A DNA stretch of 63,879 nucleotides, the filler included, from Octopus bimaculoides (lineage: Eukaryota), in the NCBI RefSeq assembly GCF_001194135.2. It is 9 parts of 7 records of this genome, joined end to end, with 100 filler letters (N's around TTAATTAATTAA, not from the genome) between each part and the next. Parts side by side here need not be neighbours in the genome. Positions count along the whole stretch, not along the records: positions 60,189 to 63,879 come from NC_068982.1; 8 more parts are not named here. The stretch is one strand, 5' to 3'. Below, piece after piece: positions 62,041 to 63,879 of this stretch (position 1 is the first letter of the stretch; the number at the start of each line of letters is the position of its first letter). Position numbers and translations under genes: made by a program. The notes under the pieces are model-generated. The model had not been told where the DNA came from. It saw only the letters and a list, made by a program, of their open reading frames with translations, and did no database searches.

Positions 62041-63069
62041 ATACGAGGCGGGGAGAAACGAAAACTTCCCGACTGATTAACCGTCTTAAAGAGTTCCTTT
62101 TATTTGTTTCTGAGTTTCTGAGATTAAAAATGGCGATAAACTGTTATCAGTTTACTAAAATACACATTAATAGATACATTAATCTTTTTCTAACTGCAAA
62201 GAAACTTGTAGAAGATTGTGTTGTGCTTTGTTGTGTGTATGTTACTTATAAATTATTTGGGAGCAGACATTTTTCCTGTTAGGTAAGTATACAGTACAAT
62301 CGATGATTATTAAATACAGTCTCTCCGTATACTTTACTATATGCATACCAAATGTAATATGGCAGACATCAAACACACTCGTACTTCACATCAAAGACTA
62401 TATAATGTACGCTATGTATGCATGTATGTATGTACGTACGTATGAATGTATGTATGTGTATGTATGTATGTTTGTATGTATGTATGTGTNNNNNNNNNNN
62501 NNNNNNNNNNNNNNNNNNNNNNNNNNNNNNNNNNNNNNNNNNNNNNNNNNNNNNNNNNNNNNNNNNNNNNNNNNNNNNNNNNNNNNNNNNNNNNNNNNNN
62601 NNNNNNNNNNNNNNNNNNNNNNNNNNNNNNNNNNNNNNNNNNNNNNNNNNNNNNNNNNNNNNNNNNNNNNNNNNNNNNNNNNNNNNNNNNNNNNNNNNNN
62701 NNNNNNNNNNNNNNNNNNNNNNNNNNNNNNNNNNNNNNNNNNNNNNNNNNNNNNNNNNNNNNNNNNNNNNNNNNNNNNNNNNNNNNNNNNNNNNNNNNNN
62801 NNNNNNNNNNNNNNNNNNNNNNNNNNNNNNNNNNNNNNNNNNNNNNNNNNNNNNNNNNNNNNNNNNNNNNNNNNNNNNNNNNNNNNNNNNNNNNNNNNNN
62901 NNNNNNNNNNNNNNNNNNNNNNNNNNNNNNNNNNNNNNNNNNNNNNNNNNNNNNNNNNNNNNNNNNNNNNNNNNNNNNNNNNNNNNNNNNNNNNNNNNNN
63001 NNNNNNNNNNNNNNNNNNNNNNNNNNNNNNNNNNNNNNNNNNNNNNNNNNNNNNTATATATATATATAT

Positions 63070-63295
63070 GTCTTTTTAGTCTTTTTTACTTCTTTACTTG
63101 TTTCAGTCATTTGACTGCGGCCATGCTGGAGTACCGCCTTTATAGTCGAGCAAATCGACCCCAGAGCTTATTCTTTGTAAGCCTAGTACTTATTCTATCA
63201 GTCTCTTTTGCCGAACCGCTAAGTTACGGGGACGTGAACACACCAGCATCGGTTGTCAAGCGATGCTGGGGGGACGAACAGACACTCAAACACAC
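63070..63295 (-). mobile_element. SINE family A, 3' half
   Basis: cagtcatttgactgcggccatgctggag..gttgtcaagcgatg. Confidence 0.85.
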
Positions 63296-63545
63296 ACAAT
63301 GAATCATAAATCATTTTCAAATCTGAAATCATCGATGATATGACTCCATCTTTCTTGCTGTAGGAAATTTGTTTTCTTCGTCAGTCGTTAGATAAGTGCT
63401 CTCGCGTGGCTAACTGTTGTTTTGACTCCTATTTCTAGCAATGGTGGTGCTGTTTAGCGCCCTCGGTTACTTAAGTGACGACTATACTTGTGCCTATACA
63501 CATGCGCGCGCACACGCACATACAGACTCACACACACTGCTGTTA

Positions 63546-63638
63546 TACAAGAATGTTTTTGACAGTGATTTCGAGGCTTCGGCCAGCTAAGCCATCGTCC
63601 GACGAAACATCGAAATCACTGTCAACAGCATTCTTGTA
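63546..63638. repeat. Short fold-back (~36-bp arms)
   Basis: tacaagaatgtttttgacagtgatttcga ... tcgaaatcactgtcaacagcattcttgta. Confidence 0.7.
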
Positions 63639-63715
63639 TGATAAATTTTTACTCGACAAAAGTATAGAGTAACCCCTCAGGTTAATGTGTAAAATTGTTT
63701 TTATTGTCACTGAAT

Positions 63716-63879
63716 ATAAGGCGGTGTGCTGGCAGAATCGTTAGCACGCTGGACGAAATGCTTAGCGGTAGTTCATTTGTCGCTACGTTCTGAGTTCAAA
63801 TTCCGCCGAGGTCGACTTTGCCTTTCATCCTTCGGGCTCGATAAATTAAGTGGCAGTTGAATACTGGGGTTGATGTAAT
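63716..63879 (+). mobile_element. SINE family B, cut by the window end
   Basis: aaggcggtgtgctggcagaatcgttagcac..gagttcaaattccgccgaggtcgactttgcctttcatcc. Confidence 0.88.

Noticed and set aside
68-63302. Most long ORFs in the supplied track (poly-YI, poly-S, poly-L, poly-X and similar)
   Set aside because: They are translations of microsatellites or N gaps, not genes.

Overview
This is repeat-saturated, gap-ridden animal genomic DNA. The SINE, LINE and microsatellite content suggests a cephalopod, probably octopus (inference). The window is not one contiguous locus: eight artificial 100-bp joins (44 N + TTAATTAATTAA + 44 N) stitch together nine short scaffolds. Three real host coding exons are recognisable, each isolated in its own segment: a GAS2-like GAR-domain exon (24884-24980, -), an SLC2A/GLUT N-terminal exon (30665-30784, -) and a SUMF2-like FGE-domain exon (52200-52368, +). 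The rest is mainly mobile DNA: a near full-length decayed RTE LINE with a PHD finger, Penelope-like (GIY-YIG) remnants, Helitron PIF1-helicase remnants, mariner and hAT-like transposase remnants, an R4/Dong-like endonuclease fragment, several tRNA-derived SINE families and several fold-back MITEs. The strongest unannotated signal is five minimal type I hammerhead-ribozyme motifs. Two have fully canonical cores, two share an A6U core variant, and one lies in what looks like a tRNA-headed, (AAT)n-containing, hammerhead-tailed short element; a second copy of that element has an inverted piece starting exactly at the predicted cleavage site. A textbook-signal 13-nt microexon candidate and a forkhead-motif tandem array are also flagged. 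Almost all long ORFs in the supplied track are microsatellite or N-gap artefacts. No database searches or folding programs were run; family assignments rest on motif recognition.
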